DNA of 63,811 nt, the filler included, from Globobulimina sp. (lineage: Eukaryota), in assembly GCA_003354225.1 (NCBI GenBank). It is 51 parts of 51 records of this genome, joined end to end, with 100 filler letters (N's around TTAATTAATTAA, not from the genome) between each part and the next. Parts side by side here need not be neighbours in the genome. Positions count along the whole stretch, not along the records: positions 62,660 to 63,811 come from PIVH01022226.1; 50 more parts are not named here. One strand, 5' to 3'. A program made the position numbers and the translations under genes. Each line of letters starts with the position of its first letter. Position 1 is the first letter of the stretch. The notes below the pieces were generated by a model, which saw only the letters and a list, made by a program, of their open reading frames with translations, made no database searches and was not told the origin of the DNA. Positions 63,337-63,811 of the stretch are shown piece by piece.

Positions 63337-63811
63337 CTTATAATTATAATGCTCCATAAAGGATTCATTGATTAGCTGTCTGTTTTCAACATGTACATTT
63401 TTTGTGAGTGTATTGTTATAAATAATAAATTGTTCTTGTCGCTATATATCGATATTCAGATTTAAATCGTGTGATTTTGATTTGATTTAATTTTTGTTGT
63501 TTTTTTTTGATTGAATTTCTTAAATCTGTTTGTTCAAAATTGTACCATTAATGCTCTCATATTTTGAGATAAACAAAAAGATCTATTAATTTAAGAAATT
63601 TTACTAATAAAAAATTAATCGTGAAACTACATAACTTTCTAATATTCCACACCCCCTGTATATAGATATGATTTATGTATCTGGATAACTATAACCCACA
63701 CATCACCCATCCCATAGTGATCCATCAACTGCAAAGTCGAAATGATCCGATCTCCAAAAACACGTGACCTGAGGGGATGGGTTAGCTCGAAGAATTTGTT
63801 GAAGTTGAAGT

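Overview
This window is not contiguous genome. It is 51 unrelated short contigs of 1152-1154 bp, sorted by decreasing length and joined by an artificial 100-bp linker (44 N + TTAATTAATTAA + 44 N), so gene neighbourhood is meaningful only inside a contig. Most contigs are AT-rich eukaryotic DNA with short GT-AG introns and the standard code. Recognisable genes include beta-tubulin, ATAT1, DNA ligase I, SMCR8, a DEAH helicase, a COG0523 GTPase, a PUF protein, a Kir channel, a pentameric channel, GPCR/7TM-RGS proteins, kinases, a sulfotransferase and a sulfatase. The repertoire suggests a protist, most likely a foraminiferan/rhizarian (inference). About seven contigs are non-LTR retrotransposon fragments (APE, RT, RNase H, zinc finger). 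The most notable items are: (1) an intronless, tightly packed penton - basic core protein - major capsid cassette resembling a divergent Polinton/Maverick-type virus (13796-14948); (2) a contig that is one long imperfect palindrome enclosing an apparently captured exon (32599-33751); (3) foldback/MITE-like elements, one motif shared by two contigs; (4) a GC-rich planctomycete-like gene fragment fused to AT-rich DNA; (5) several proteins with altered catalytic or lipidation motifs. All family calls come from motif recognition by eye; no searches were run.
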